The notes: a model not told the origin generated them from the sequence alone. Counted from the first letter of the stretch, positions 1-8,757 are shown. The stretch is 27,988 nucleotides of DNA from an uncultured archaeon (GCA_964357115.1 CAYHJZ010000001.1:1-27988), one strand, 5' to 3'. Numbers and translations are program-made.

Positions 1-1638
1 AAAGACATTAACACGGCCTCAGGGGCACGAGACTTGAATCAAACCGCTTTTTGGAACGCGCGATGGGATGGAAACGCGGTCGCCACTACGGATCAACTCG
101 GAAACACCGTCAATAGCGGCCTGGGTGTGCAGCTCGTGAATGTGGATAACAACGCCTACGCGAACGATTTATTGCTCACCGCGTCCCTCGCTAATTATGG
201 TGCGCGCGCGGATGCCGGGATTATTTATTTGATCAAGGACATTCATTCCGTTTCAGGAATTCGGGCTTTCACTACCGTGGGGACCTATCATGCCGCGTGG
301 GTGGGTGGAAATTCGTGGGCGCTGGGACAAACCAATGGATCCGGGTTGGGAGTACAACTCTTCGATGTGAATGGGGACGGGTACACGAACGACTTGTTCA
401 TTACGGCGTACAACGCGGACGTGAACAATCGTGCGGACAGCGGAATGGTAGTCTACGTGGCGGACATTAACTCTATTATCGGAATGCAAGACCTCAACAC
501 GGCCGACACTTCGGTATATCACACGCGTTGGAATGGGGGAGCGAACACGGATCGTGCGGGATCGACTAACACTACTAATACTATTGGGGGAACTTTTTCT
601 CCTAGAGTGCAAGTCGTTAATCTTGATGGAAACCTGGGAAGGAATGATGTGTTCATTCCCGTGGCACTCGCCGACTTCAACGCGGGTGCCAACCGGGGAG
701 CGTTGTACGTGATTAAAGACGTCAACACGATTCGTGGAACGTTCGACTTGAACGCGCCCGCGAGCTACTCGATCGCCTGGTACGGGGGTGCCGCCAACGA
801 TGACTTGACGCAGAACAATCATCAAGATCCCTCCGTGCAGCTGGTGAATATCGACAACAATGCCCTTCCCAACGATATTTTGATTTCGGCCGTTCTGGCG
901 GATGTAAATGGAAAAACCAACTCCGGAGCCGTGTACCTCATCAAGGATGTGAGTCACCTCGCGAATGGACGATATTACTTGGGACACAACTCTCATTATT
1001 CAGTGCGATGGAACGGCGGAGCGGGAGAACAGTTGGGAGACACCAACAACAGTCGCCAAGGAGTTCAGCTCGTGAATTTGGATAATAATGCGTGGGCGAA
1101 TGATTTGTTGATTACTGCGTCCTCAGCGGATGCCAACGGGAGAATAGATAACGGGGCCATTTACTTCCTTCGTGATGTTCACGCGAGAAGCGGGCCGATT
1201 GACTTGAACAGTGTTGCGGCTGGATTGTATAATGCCAAACTCAATGGCACGGTCACGCGTGGATTTTTGGGAGATACCAACCGTTCCGGCTTGGGTGTTC
1301 AGCTGGTGAATGTGGATAATAATGCGTGGGCCAACGATTTGCTCATCGTTCAGCCCAAGCTCGACTCAAACATCTCCCGAAGCGGGAGCGTATTTTTGCT
1401 GCGAGACATTCACGACTATTCTCGGGGTAATGATCTAAACTCAGACATTCTTTCTCCCAGCATCTGGAAAGGCGCCACTCTCGCGGATGCGATTGGAGAC
1501 TCGAATAGTTCAGGAATAAGCGTTCAACTCATTGATGTCGACAGCAACGCGTACACGAACGATATCTCCATCGTGGGTGTGTCGGTGGACGCGAACGGAA
1601 TCACGAACAACGGAGCGGTGTATCTTCTCAAGGATATT
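1..1638 (+). repeat. Intragenic coding repeats (7 FG-GAP-like units visible)
   Basis: Recurring GVQLVN(V/L/I)DNNA(Y/W)ANDLL; near-identical DNA such as gttcagct(c/g)gtgaat(t/g)tggataataatgcgtgggc at ~1063 and ~1298. Confidence 0.85.
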
Positions 1639-2136
1639 GCGGCGGAAGAAAGTATCGGAGTTGATGATTACTCCTTCACGCTACTCTTCCCTTTGTCCGG
1701 TTGCACTGTTGGAAAAGGAAATCTTAGCGGTGGAAATAATTGTCAACGAATATACTTCGAAGCCACCGAACTCTCTGGGGCAACCGATCAAAACAAAGTC
1801 AATCCCGAAGGACAAAGTGAGGGCGTGCCCTTTCTCCTGTACGATAACCAAAGCACCAGCAGTTCCGATATTAACATTTTACTCGACTTGAACGAATCCC
1901 TCCCTGCGACGCACGTGGTCAAAGTATCGGTTTCCTACTCCGGGTGGTACGGAACGTGTAGCGGAAACACCGATGGAAATTGTCTCACCCTTGGAACTAC
2001 GGCTGCTAATGCGGGAAAAGCTTTCTACTCTGCGGGAACGCAGGATTTGAATTTATTCATCTGGACGGACTTCGTTAATGGATCCATTAGTGAAATCGAT
2101 CGAAATTTAGACAGCAACAGCATCTCATCCACGTGA
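1..2136 (+). CDS. FG-GAP/integrin-alpha-like beta-propeller repeat surface protein with C-terminal Cys-containing domain (5'-truncated by window edge)
   Basis: Frame is open from base 1 (KDINTASGARDLNQ... continues the repeat), so the TTG at 34 is not the true start. Seven ~75-85 aa repeats with consensus LG..N.SGxGVQLVNxDNNAxxNDLLIxAxxADxNG..xxGAVYLxKDI. Confidence 0.8.
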   Translation, partial: KDINTASGARDLNQTAFWNARWDGNAVATTDQLGNTVNSGLGVQLVNVDNNAYANDLLLTASLANYGARADAGIIYLIKDIHSVSGIRAFTTVGTYHAAWVGGNSWALGQTNGSGLGVQLFDVNGDGYTNDLFITAYNADVNNRADSGMVVYVADINSIIGMQDLNTADTSVYHTRWNGGANTDRAGSTNTTNTIGGTFSPRVQVVNLDGNLGRNDVFIPVALADFNAGANRGALYVIKDVNTIRGTFDLNAPASYSIAWYGGAANDDLTQNNHQDPSVQLVNIDNNALPNDILISAVLADVNGKTNSGAVYLIKDVSHLANGRYYLGHNSHYSVRWNGGAGEQLGDTNNSRQGVQLVNLDNNAWANDLLITASSADANGRIDNGAIYFLRDVHARSGPIDLNSVAAGLYNAKLNGTVTRGFLGDTNRSGLGVQLVNVDNNAWANDLLIVQPKLDSNISRSGSVFLLRDIHDYSRGNDLNSDILSPSIWKGATLADAIGDSNSSGISVQLIDVDSNAYTNDISIVGVSVDANGITNNGAVYLLKDIAAEESIGVDDYSFTLLFPLSGCTVGKGNLSGGNNCQRIYFEATELSGATDQNKVNPEGQSEGVPFLLYDNQSTSSSDINILLDLNESLPATHVVKVSVSYSGWYGTCSGNTDGNCLTLGTTAANAGKAFYSAGTQDLNLFIWTDFVNGSISEIDRNLDSNSISST

Positions 2137-2145
2137 GGAAAAAAA

Positions 2146-2943
2146 ATGCGCTCCCGTTCAACCCAAAAACCTTTCAAAAATCCGACACGAATGGCTCTTC
2201 TTCCTATGGCTGTCGTTATCGCCATAGTCGCGATTGTCGGAATTTTTATTCACTATTACTCCGACGAGTCCGATTCCCTCCGCGGGTGCGTTTCGCTGTC
2301 GAGAGAATCCTACACGTTTCCTCTTTCCGTTTTCTCAACATTGCCTGAACCTCCTCCCTGTTTCCAAACGGTAGTAGAGCAATATCATTCCGGTCAATTT
2401 CACGACGCGTATTTTTTTTCTGAAGAATTTTTCCTCCAACCGGAGTTCTATCCCGGATTTCGTGAAAGCGGAATGGCGCACTGGGCTACTCCCCTCGACA
2501 CGCACTATGGGGCTATTGGATACGGAGCATATCCTCATTCTCAAACCAAAATAGTCACGCCAGGAATGGAAGAAAAAATACGATTATTTTTTCACTCTGG
2601 ATTTGGCGTACGCACGACTCAAGGGGCTGCCCTGCGGTGGGTATTCGAAAACCCCGCGGATGAAGCATTCGTGAATATCACGTTAGACTCCGAAAGCTAT
2701 GGGGGATTCTGGATAGGACCCACGTACCCCGTTTTTGACGCGAGGTGGGTGAAGCCCGTGGACATTCGAGTTTCTCTCTCCCCCGATGCACCGTCACGGG
2801 ACATCACGTTTGAAATCGTCGTGGTCGCTCCACCGAACGAACTCCGAGAAGAATGGATCAATGCCTGGGGAAGCGCTTACTATGACGCCACCACGTACGT
2901 TGGAGAAAAAAAAATCGCACGCGTCACCCTCACTCCCGAATAA
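2146..2943 (+). CDS. Membrane-anchored uncharacterised protein (family B, paralog of 3768..4745)
   Basis: N-terminal TM helix (ALLPMAVVIAIVAIVGIFIHYY). QPEFYPGF, GYGxYP and SGFGVxTxQG motifs are shared with 3768..4745. Confidence 0.85.
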   Translation: MRSRSTQKPFKNPTRMALLPMAVVIAIVAIVGIFIHYYSDESDSLRGCVSLSRESYTFPLSVFSTLPEPPPCFQTVVEQYHSGQFHDAYFFSEEFFLQPEFYPGFRESGMAHWATPLDTHYGAIGYGAYPHSQTKIVTPGMEEKIRLFFHSGFGVRTTQGAALRWVFENPADEAFVNITLDSESYGGFWIGPTYPVFDARWVKPVDIRVSLSPDAPSRDITFEIVVVAPPNELREEWINAWGSAYYDATTYVGEKKIARVTLTPE

Positions 2944-3020
2944 ATTCTTTGTTGACGTGCACTTGTTTTCGTTTCATTTCTACCCAGTTGATTTGTCTTC
3001 CCGCAAGCGAAAGAAGCAGA

Positions 3021-3028
3021 TTTATATA
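3021..3028 (+). promoter_or_regulatory. Archaeal TATA box (TTTATATA) with purine-rich BRE upstream
   Basis: gaaagaagcagaTTTATATAgt about 30 nt upstream of the ATG at 3059. Confidence 0.6.
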
Positions 3029-3058
3029 GTGGGATTTGGTTTGCCTTGAAGGAAGTGG

Positions 3059-3706
3059 ATGATGATGCGTAGTTTTGATCGATGCTTTTTTGCACTTGTT
3101 TTGGTTTTTATGATTCTTTTACCCGCGTACGTTGCGGCCGCGACAACAAATGCGACGACGATGACGTGGATTATTCCCGCCAACAAGAGCCACACCATTT
3201 CCTACGGGGGAGCGTGCTCCTCCTCTGCGTTCTATTTTGTTGAGACCAACGGAGAAGACGCGGACGGGGACGGGAATTCCGCTCGAATTCTACCGTACGA
3301 CGCCTCGACTGCTGGATCGGCATGCCAAGCTGCGGGAGTTGCGGGAATGACCGTGACTAACAATGGAAACACGAGTTTCAACCTCGATGCGAATTTCCAA
3401 ACCGGACTATCGGGAAATGATCAAAACGTCGGGATCAAAATTTGGATGGGTACAGGCGCCGGTTGCGGAACATCGGGTCTGGGCGGATGGCAATTAAACT
3501 GCGGAATCCAATCGACGTCCACTCCGGTCACTTCCTCTTCATGTAGGGATTTTAACGTGACTAACTTTACTACTCCAGCACGACTCGTCAGCAGTCTCGG
3601 GGTCAATGATACCAACCAATTGTGCTTTTCGGGAGAAATAAACGGAAAGGACACTCGTGTGGGAGCGGGGACCATTGCGCGGAGCTTTGACACGAACTCT
3701 TCCTAG
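3059..3706 (+). CDS. Secreted Cys-containing beta-rich protein (family A; putative fimbrial-type subunit)
   Basis: Sec signal peptide (FFALVLVFMILLPAYVAA|ATT), several Cys, Gly/Ser/Thr/Asn-rich. Resembles the C-terminal domain of 1..2136. Confidence 0.8.
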   Translation: MMMRSFDRCFFALVLVFMILLPAYVAAATTNATTMTWIIPANKSHTISYGGACSSSAFYFVETNGEDADGDGNSARILPYDASTAGSACQAAGVAGMTVTNNGNTSFNLDANFQTGLSGNDQNVGIKIWMGTGAGCGTSGLGGWQLNCGIQSTSTPVTSSSCRDFNVTNFTTPARLVSSLGVNDTNQLCFSGEINGKDTRVGAGTIARSFDTNSS

Positions 3707-3729
3707 TTTCTTAGCGGAATGAGGAAGCG

Positions 3730-3737
3730 TTTTATAT
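3730..3737 (+). promoter_or_regulatory. Archaeal TATA box (TTTTATAT)
   Basis: gaggaagcgTTTTATATcg about 30 nt upstream of the ATG at 3768. Confidence 0.55.
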
Positions 3738-3767
3738 CGCGATGAGATATTATCTCAAGGTTCAATT

Positions 3768-4745
3768 ATGAAAAAACAACTCCCTAGCAAAAAAACCAAC
3801 TTTGCTTCCACCGCTCGATCGTGGATTATTCCTGTAGCCGGATTACTGGTTCTCGTGGTCGCGCTCGGTGTCGTTTTTCAAAACGGAATAAACCCCACGG
3901 GTTTGGTCATCGCGAGTCGCGCGGATAACGCTTCTCTATCCAATGAGAGTATTCCTCCCGGCGGAAGCGCAGCGGATGGAAAAGTCACTCCTTCCCAATT
4001 CTTGAGTCGACAACAATACTTTGAAGAAGCCTTCCGAATCGACCGAGAATCGTACGCCATTTTTGAAAAAGCAGCAGACTTCAGTGGACGACTCCTGGAT
4101 CAAATGCCTGCGTATTTTTCTTTGGGAGATGAGGAACAAATATGGAGTCAACTCCCTCCTGTTCCCAATGACTTTAGTGAAATCGCATTCTTGTTGGCAA
4201 CCGGAAAATTCTTTGCTATTCAAGATTTAGATGAACGATACATGAAGCAACCCGAGTTCTATCCTGGGTTCAAAGACACGGGACTGCGATTCTGGACTCA
4301 ACCGGATGCAACGTCATGGGCATCCAATGGATACGGAACCTATCCCTCTGAACAATGGGCAGATCTTACATTGGGAGAAACCGATACGTTTGAAGCCACC
4401 GTGTTCATTTACTCGGGCTTCGGAGTTCAAACTTATCAAGGACTCTCGCTCTTCGTCGACGCCGCCTCTCAATCATTTTTTGATGTAAGTGTGTCCCCCG
4501 ACACGTTTGTCTTAGAACCCACTTTTCCTCAATTTCATCCCGAGTGGGCCAAAAAAATTTTGGTTACTGGAAAAATTAAACCTGAAACGCCTGCGGGAGA
4601 GTACACTATTACCGTTAACGTGGGCATTCCTCCCGAAAGTAAACGCCAAGAGTGGGGCACGGAGTATCGAAACCTATACGCGGATGCCGCCTCGGGTGTT
4701 CGACCGAGTGGGAATCCCATCACCCTTCATGTTACCGTGAAATAG
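3768..4745 (+). CDS. Membrane-anchored uncharacterised protein (family B, paralog of 2146..2943)
   Basis: N-terminal TM (IIPVAGLLVLVVALGVVF). KQPEFYPGF, NGYGTYP, YSGFGVQTYQG motifs; C-terminal Ig-like PAGEYTITVNV segment. Confidence 0.85.
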   Translation: MKKQLPSKKTNFASTARSWIIPVAGLLVLVVALGVVFQNGINPTGLVIASRADNASLSNESIPPGGSAADGKVTPSQFLSRQQYFEEAFRIDRESYAIFEKAADFSGRLLDQMPAYFSLGDEEQIWSQLPPVPNDFSEIAFLLATGKFFAIQDLDERYMKQPEFYPGFKDTGLRFWTQPDATSWASNGYGTYPSEQWADLTLGETDTFEATVFIYSGFGVQTYQGLSLFVDAASQSFFDVSVSPDTFVLEPTFPQFHPEWAKKILVTGKIKPETPAGEYTITVNVGIPPESKRQEWGTEYRNLYADAASGVRPSGNPITLHVTVK

Positions 4746-4807
4746 GTTTCCGCCTTCGTGGAGCATGGTGCTAAAGCCTATAAAAAGGCGAACTTTTTCT
4801 TTTGGCA

Positions 4808-6853
4808 ATGCGGCTCGCCCTATTTTTTGGATTTTCCATTCTTCTTTTAGCCGGGCTTTCTCCTCTTGTCGTTGGAGCCACCACGAGCGCATTTACGTGG
4901 GGAGTGGTGGGCGATTATTATCTCGATGCTCAACTCTACGCGGAACGTTGTCCTGCTGCTCTAGGAATGTACGATTTGAATGCGGTTGTTTACCAACGAC
5001 CCTCGAACACGCCCAGTACTACTTCCACGGTGACCGGAACTATCTATCGTCCCCTCGGCGGAACGGATGCGGTTACGTTTACGAATAATGGAGATGGAAA
5101 TTACGTGAAAGTCTACGACTTCAATCAGTCGGGAACCTACAAGATTGTCTTGAATGCCTCGGATGTAAATTTTGCTTCGGCGGATGTGAATGAGTATGTC
5201 TACATTGGAGATGTTGATTTTCAAATATCATTCCTGAACAACTCCTTTGAGGTGGCCGCAGGAAATACGGGGACGATACAAAATCTCGTGAAAAATAGTG
5301 ACAACAATGCTATTACAGGAATCACGGGAAGTATTGACATCAATTATCCCAGCGGAACCGTTTTTACCAATGATGGAAACATTTCCGAAACGGGGAATGG
5401 ACAATACTATTACACCTTCACTGCTCCCTCGGTTGCCGGAGTGTACACGGCGGCGAGTTCTTTTACGTGTGGAACCAACACCGACGTGAACATGGGGGGA
5501 CGATTCACCGTCACGGTTACATCGAGTGGGGGAGGAACCTCGGAGGATGATTCGGTTAGTGAAAATGTAGGATTCAGCGGTGGCGGGGGCGGTGGGGGCG
5601 CTGCGGCGACCAAACCGTATGCCTCCATTGTGCAAGAGTGGGGGTTCTCCGATCCCATTGAAGTAGGAACCTCCAATCGTATTTTTGCAGTCATCAAAAA
5701 TACGGGGACACTCGGAACACGCTTCTTGGTCAAAGCCACGATCTCCAGTGCACAAAAAAATGAGTACTTTGACACCTTTCTCACCGATTTCATTCCGTCC
5801 AAAGGGAGTACCTCCATCACGTTTGACGAGCCTTACACCACGTACACTTCGGGGAACCACTTGATCAACATTCAACTCTTCAAGCCGGACGGGAGTGAGA
5901 AAATAGGGGAATTCGCCCAATCATTTGACGTGGGGGGAATTTTGCGCTACGATGTGGTGGCCACATGCTTGGAGCCTAACACTATTCCGGGAAAAGATGT
6001 TTCGGCTCTCATTAATCTGATTAATCTCGGAGACTACTTTCAAGACATGCAATTTGAGTGGTGGGTCGAAGGAAAGAATGGGGAAAAAGTGGGTGCCGGG
6101 ACCTTCCCTATCGCGCTATACAATCAAGAATCTCGTTCCCTGGTTCGAAGCGTGCATATTCCTGAAGGCTTTCCTGCAGGAGAGTACCAGTTTCGCGCCC
6201 AACTATCTTACGAAACAACACTCATTGAGGGAGCGTGCTCCTTTAATGTGAAAATAACCAAAGAGTATTACGAAGATGAGTTATCTTATTTTCAAACCGT
6301 TCTCAAGGAACTTGAAAAAATAGCCGAAACCAAGAGGGCTAAACTATCTCCTGAAACATTTGAAAGAATATCCGAAATTAAAATACTTCAAGGGCTGCTC
6401 GAGAATGCCATTCGTAATGAAAATTATCCCGAAGCGGAAAGAACACTCTCGAGCATTCGAGAAATTACCAACGAACTCACGCGAAAAATCATTAAAGAAG
6501 AATCCCCTGGGCTGCTGGATAGTATTGAATGGAGCCAAGCCGTCGTCTCGGTGGCTTCTATGAGTCTTGTCGCCCTCGCGTTTATCCTGGCTCGACCTGC
6601 GGGTGCTGTTGTTGTGGCAGCCGGGTCTCCGGTGGAGTACGATCACTTCCTCCCCGACGAACCTATTATTTCCAAAACAATTCCTCCTGGAAAAGTATCT
6701 CTTGCGAAAGGAAAAATTACCAAGGTGACAGCGCCCCAACAAAAACAAAACGAACCGCGACATTTAATAGGAAAAAAAACGCCCATGATGCAAACCTATC
6801 CTCACGAATCCTTGATGAATCGGTTTTTAGGACTCAAAGGAAGGAAGGAATGA
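4808..6853 (+). CDS. Large surface protein: signal peptide, Ig-like/CARDB-like domains, Gly linker, helical stalk, C-terminal TM
   Basis: ATG at 4808 (MRLALFFGFSILLLAGLSPLVVG|ATT). Ig-like motifs (GNGQYYYTFTAP..AGVY; NTGTLG; INLINLGD; PAGEYQFRAQLSY), SG7 linker, Glu/Lys-rich helix, TM near aa 580-605. Confidence 0.85.
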   Translation: MRLALFFGFSILLLAGLSPLVVGATTSAFTWGVVGDYYLDAQLYAERCPAALGMYDLNAVVYQRPSNTPSTTSTVTGTIYRPLGGTDAVTFTNNGDGNYVKVYDFNQSGTYKIVLNASDVNFASADVNEYVYIGDVDFQISFLNNSFEVAAGNTGTIQNLVKNSDNNAITGITGSIDINYPSGTVFTNDGNISETGNGQYYYTFTAPSVAGVYTAASSFTCGTNTDVNMGGRFTVTVTSSGGGTSEDDSVSENVGFSGGGGGGGAAATKPYASIVQEWGFSDPIEVGTSNRIFAVIKNTGTLGTRFLVKATISSAQKNEYFDTFLTDFIPSKGSTSITFDEPYTTYTSGNHLINIQLFKPDGSEKIGEFAQSFDVGGILRYDVVATCLEPNTIPGKDVSALINLINLGDYFQDMQFEWWVEGKNGEKVGAGTFPIALYNQESRSLVRSVHIPEGFPAGEYQFRAQLSYETTLIEGACSFNVKITKEYYEDELSYFQTVLKELEKIAETKRAKLSPETFERISEIKILQGLLENAIRNENYPEAERTLSSIREITNELTRKIIKEESPGLLDSIEWSQAVVSVASMSLVALAFILARPAGAVVVAAGSPVEYDHFLPDEPIISKTIPPGKVSLAKGKITKVTAPQQKQNEPRHLIGKKTPMMQTYPHESLMNRFLGLKGRKE

Positions 6854-6857
6854 ACGT

Positions 6858-7574
6858 ATGGAAACTCCCAAAAAAATAATATTTGTTCGATGTGTAAGTG
6901 CACTCGCTATTGTCGTAGGTACCTTAGTCATGGCTGCCTGGGTGTTCCAAGTGCCCTTCTTGAAATCCTTTATTTTTGACGTCATTACTATGAAATTTAG
7001 CACTGCGTTGTGTTTTTTGTTCAGCGGAATTATCCTCTACACCATGACTGCTCGAATGGACGGCAGAAAAAACCTCAAAAAGTATCTTTTGCTCATATTC
7101 TCTGCCCTCATTCTCCTCATCATGATTCCATCGTTCATCGCTATCAGCACCGGATCCTACTTTGATGCGTTTAGGCCCATTCTCCTGCTCAGCAGTGATT
7201 ATTCTATTGAAGAAACTTACCTCGAAATGCCTTCCATTGGGACTATTATTGCATTCATCTTCATTGGACTATCTAGCACGTTCGTGTACGCCTTTCCCGC
7301 GTATTCTCGATTTTTTTTACTGTATGCAGGGAGTATTGTTCACTTCCTCGCAACCATTGCAATTATCGGATTCCTCATACGATCTCCCCTGCTGTACTAT
7401 GAAATACAGCACATTAGCGCCGGAATGTCCCTTCACGCAGCAATACTTTTCCTCTTACTCGGAATCGGATTTTTGCTACTTGGAGAAACCAAAAACAAAG
7501 TTTGCCCTCACTTCAAAGGAATGGTCAATGAAGAAACACTCATGTGCACGTACGATTGGAAAAAACACAAATAA
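6858..7574 (+). CDS. Multi-pass membrane protein resembling the N-terminal membrane domain of bacterial sensor kinases/diguanylate cyclases, with no output domain
   Basis: AAW..PFLKS....MKFSTALCFLFSG and GMSLHAAILFLLLG patterns typical of that sensor membrane module; about 5-6 TM helices. Confidence 0.6.
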   Translation: METPKKIIFVRCVSALAIVVGTLVMAAWVFQVPFLKSFIFDVITMKFSTALCFLFSGIILYTMTARMDGRKNLKKYLLLIFSALILLIMIPSFIAISTGSYFDAFRPILLLSSDYSIEETYLEMPSIGTIIAFIFIGLSSTFVYAFPAYSRFFLLYAGSIVHFLATIAIIGFLIRSPLLYYEIQHISAGMSLHAAILFLLLGIGFLLLGETKNKVCPHFKGMVNEETLMCTYDWKKHK

Positions 7575-7602
7575 TCGAATCCGGGATCGATTTTTGATCG
7601 TC

Positions 7603-7917
7603 TCACTTATCCTCTAGAAGATCGCTTATTTTTTGAGTAAAAAGAGAACGAGGCATCGCGTGAATTCCTGCATGTTTTGCCATCTCGAACGCGCCTGCAT
7701 TTTTGTGGGAAGCAAAACCTACCATTTGTACAAGAGGATTATTTTTTAGGATGAGAGAAAGATCCTCTGGGCGGGCAAATTCCAAATCCACTAAAACCAG
7801 CGTGGCATTGCGAATGGCAGATGCACCGGAAGTAAAATGAACTTCTTTATTTTGCACACGAGCAGTAGCTTCTATTTTGGAACGAAAAAATAAATCATTC
7901 ACGAGGGCGTAGATCAT
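7603..7917 (-). CDS. Stand-alone atypical CheY-like receiver domain protein
   Basis: beta1 IYALVND, putative phospho-acceptor LVLVDLE, beta4 VGFASH, AMPRS in place of the KP motif; 104 aa. Confidence 0.6.
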   Translation of the reverse strand: MIYALVNDLFFRSKIEATARVQNKEVHFTSGASAIRNATLVLVDLEFARPEDLSLILKNNPLVQMVGFASHKNAGAFEMAKHAGIHAMPRSLFTQKISDLLEDK

Positions 7918-7929
7918 TTCTATTTTTCC

Positions 7930-8328
7930 TTACTCGTGAATTTTTGCCACCACGATGCCGGCGAGTACGTGCGTGATGAAACTAAAACCAAACTCGCTCG
8001 CGGAAATAGCCGTTGGAGCGCTGCCTAAAATCATGAAGGCGAAACTTATTCCGCCGAGGAGATAGGCAATGATTCCAAAGTTGATTCCTTTCCGAATGCC
8101 TTTTCCCGGGATTCCCATACGCAGTAGATCATACAAAAAACCCATGACGAAACCGGTGATGAGAATGGACACGAAAACAAACAGGGCGCCGTCTCCACTC
8201 ATCATGCTTGGAAATTCCTGCGCAAACCACGTCATGCGTTCCGGGTAGAGCGTTTCAAGGCCTAGCCCGCCTAAAACAAACACGAGATTGGCCCCTATTC
8301 CCGCGAGGAGGGATTTTCGAATGTTCAT
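7930..8328 (-). CDS. Small 4-TM membrane protein (DUF1761-like)
   Basis: Four hydrophobic helices with a GKGIRKGINFGII motif; TTTTATAC TATA box (minus strand) at ~8352-8359. Confidence 0.7.
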   Translation of the reverse strand: MNIRKSLLAGIGANLVFVLGGLGLETLYPERMTWFAQEFPSMMSGDGALFVFVSILITGFVMGFLYDLLRMGIPGKGIRKGINFGIIAYLLGGISFAFMILGSAPTAISASEFGFSFITHVLAGIVVAKIHE

Positions 8329-8418
8329 ACTATTGGAAACAGCCGAGGAGGTATAAAAACAATTCTTGTGGGTTCCTAGAAAAGGTTGCGAATTTTAATA
8401 CTGCTTTTGCGTTTGAAA

Positions 8419-8757
8419 ATGATGGTTGAACCCCGTAATACTCCTCCAGAAATACTCCGTCGCGGGGTCTTTGATCATGAAATGGCTATCGCTCGCGACG
8501 AGGTAGCGGTGTTTATTCTCACTTCCTGGTATCGTGAAGTTCTAAAGTGTGAGCGTAACGGGGATCTCGTTTCATCACGTGTAAATGCTATATTTCATGA
8601 TTACTTACGATATCAGAAGGAAGTGCTGTCAGTTGAACGAATCAAACTTTGGCGGAAAAAAATGTTGCAACATCAACAAGTGAGTGTCACTATAAAAAAA
8701 CCGAGAAAAAAGCCAACTATTATTTCGCGTCGGCCGGCGAAATTTAGAAAAAAGTAG
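8419..8757 (+). CDS. Hypothetical basic protein (ORFan)
   Basis: Fills the intergenic gap; start chosen at ATG 8419 (the track start at 8386 is TTG/GTG-type); Lys/Arg-rich C-tail. Confidence 0.55.
   Translation: MMVEPRNTPPEILRRGVFDHEMAIARDEVAVFILTSWYREVLKCERNGDLVSSRVNAIFHDYLRYQKEVLSVERIKLWRKKMLQHQQVSVTIKKPRKKPTIISRRPAKFRKK

Noticed and set aside
253-996. 247-aa minus-strand ORF (and similar long antisense ORFs at 4961-5920, 13603-14502, 21571-22290, 26608-27150)
   Set aside because: Shadow ORFs antisense to or overlapping well-supported genes, with no recognisable motifs.
1-1638. Repeated DNA segments as a CRISPR array or DGR template/variable repeat
   Set aside because: The repeats are in-frame, degenerate at synonymous positions and encode protein repeats. 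There is no constant repeat-spacer period, no adenine-specific mismatch pattern and no reverse transcriptase in the window.
5576-5600. G-rich tract as a G-quadruplex or contingency repeat
   Set aside because: It simply encodes a Gly7 linker using mixed codons.
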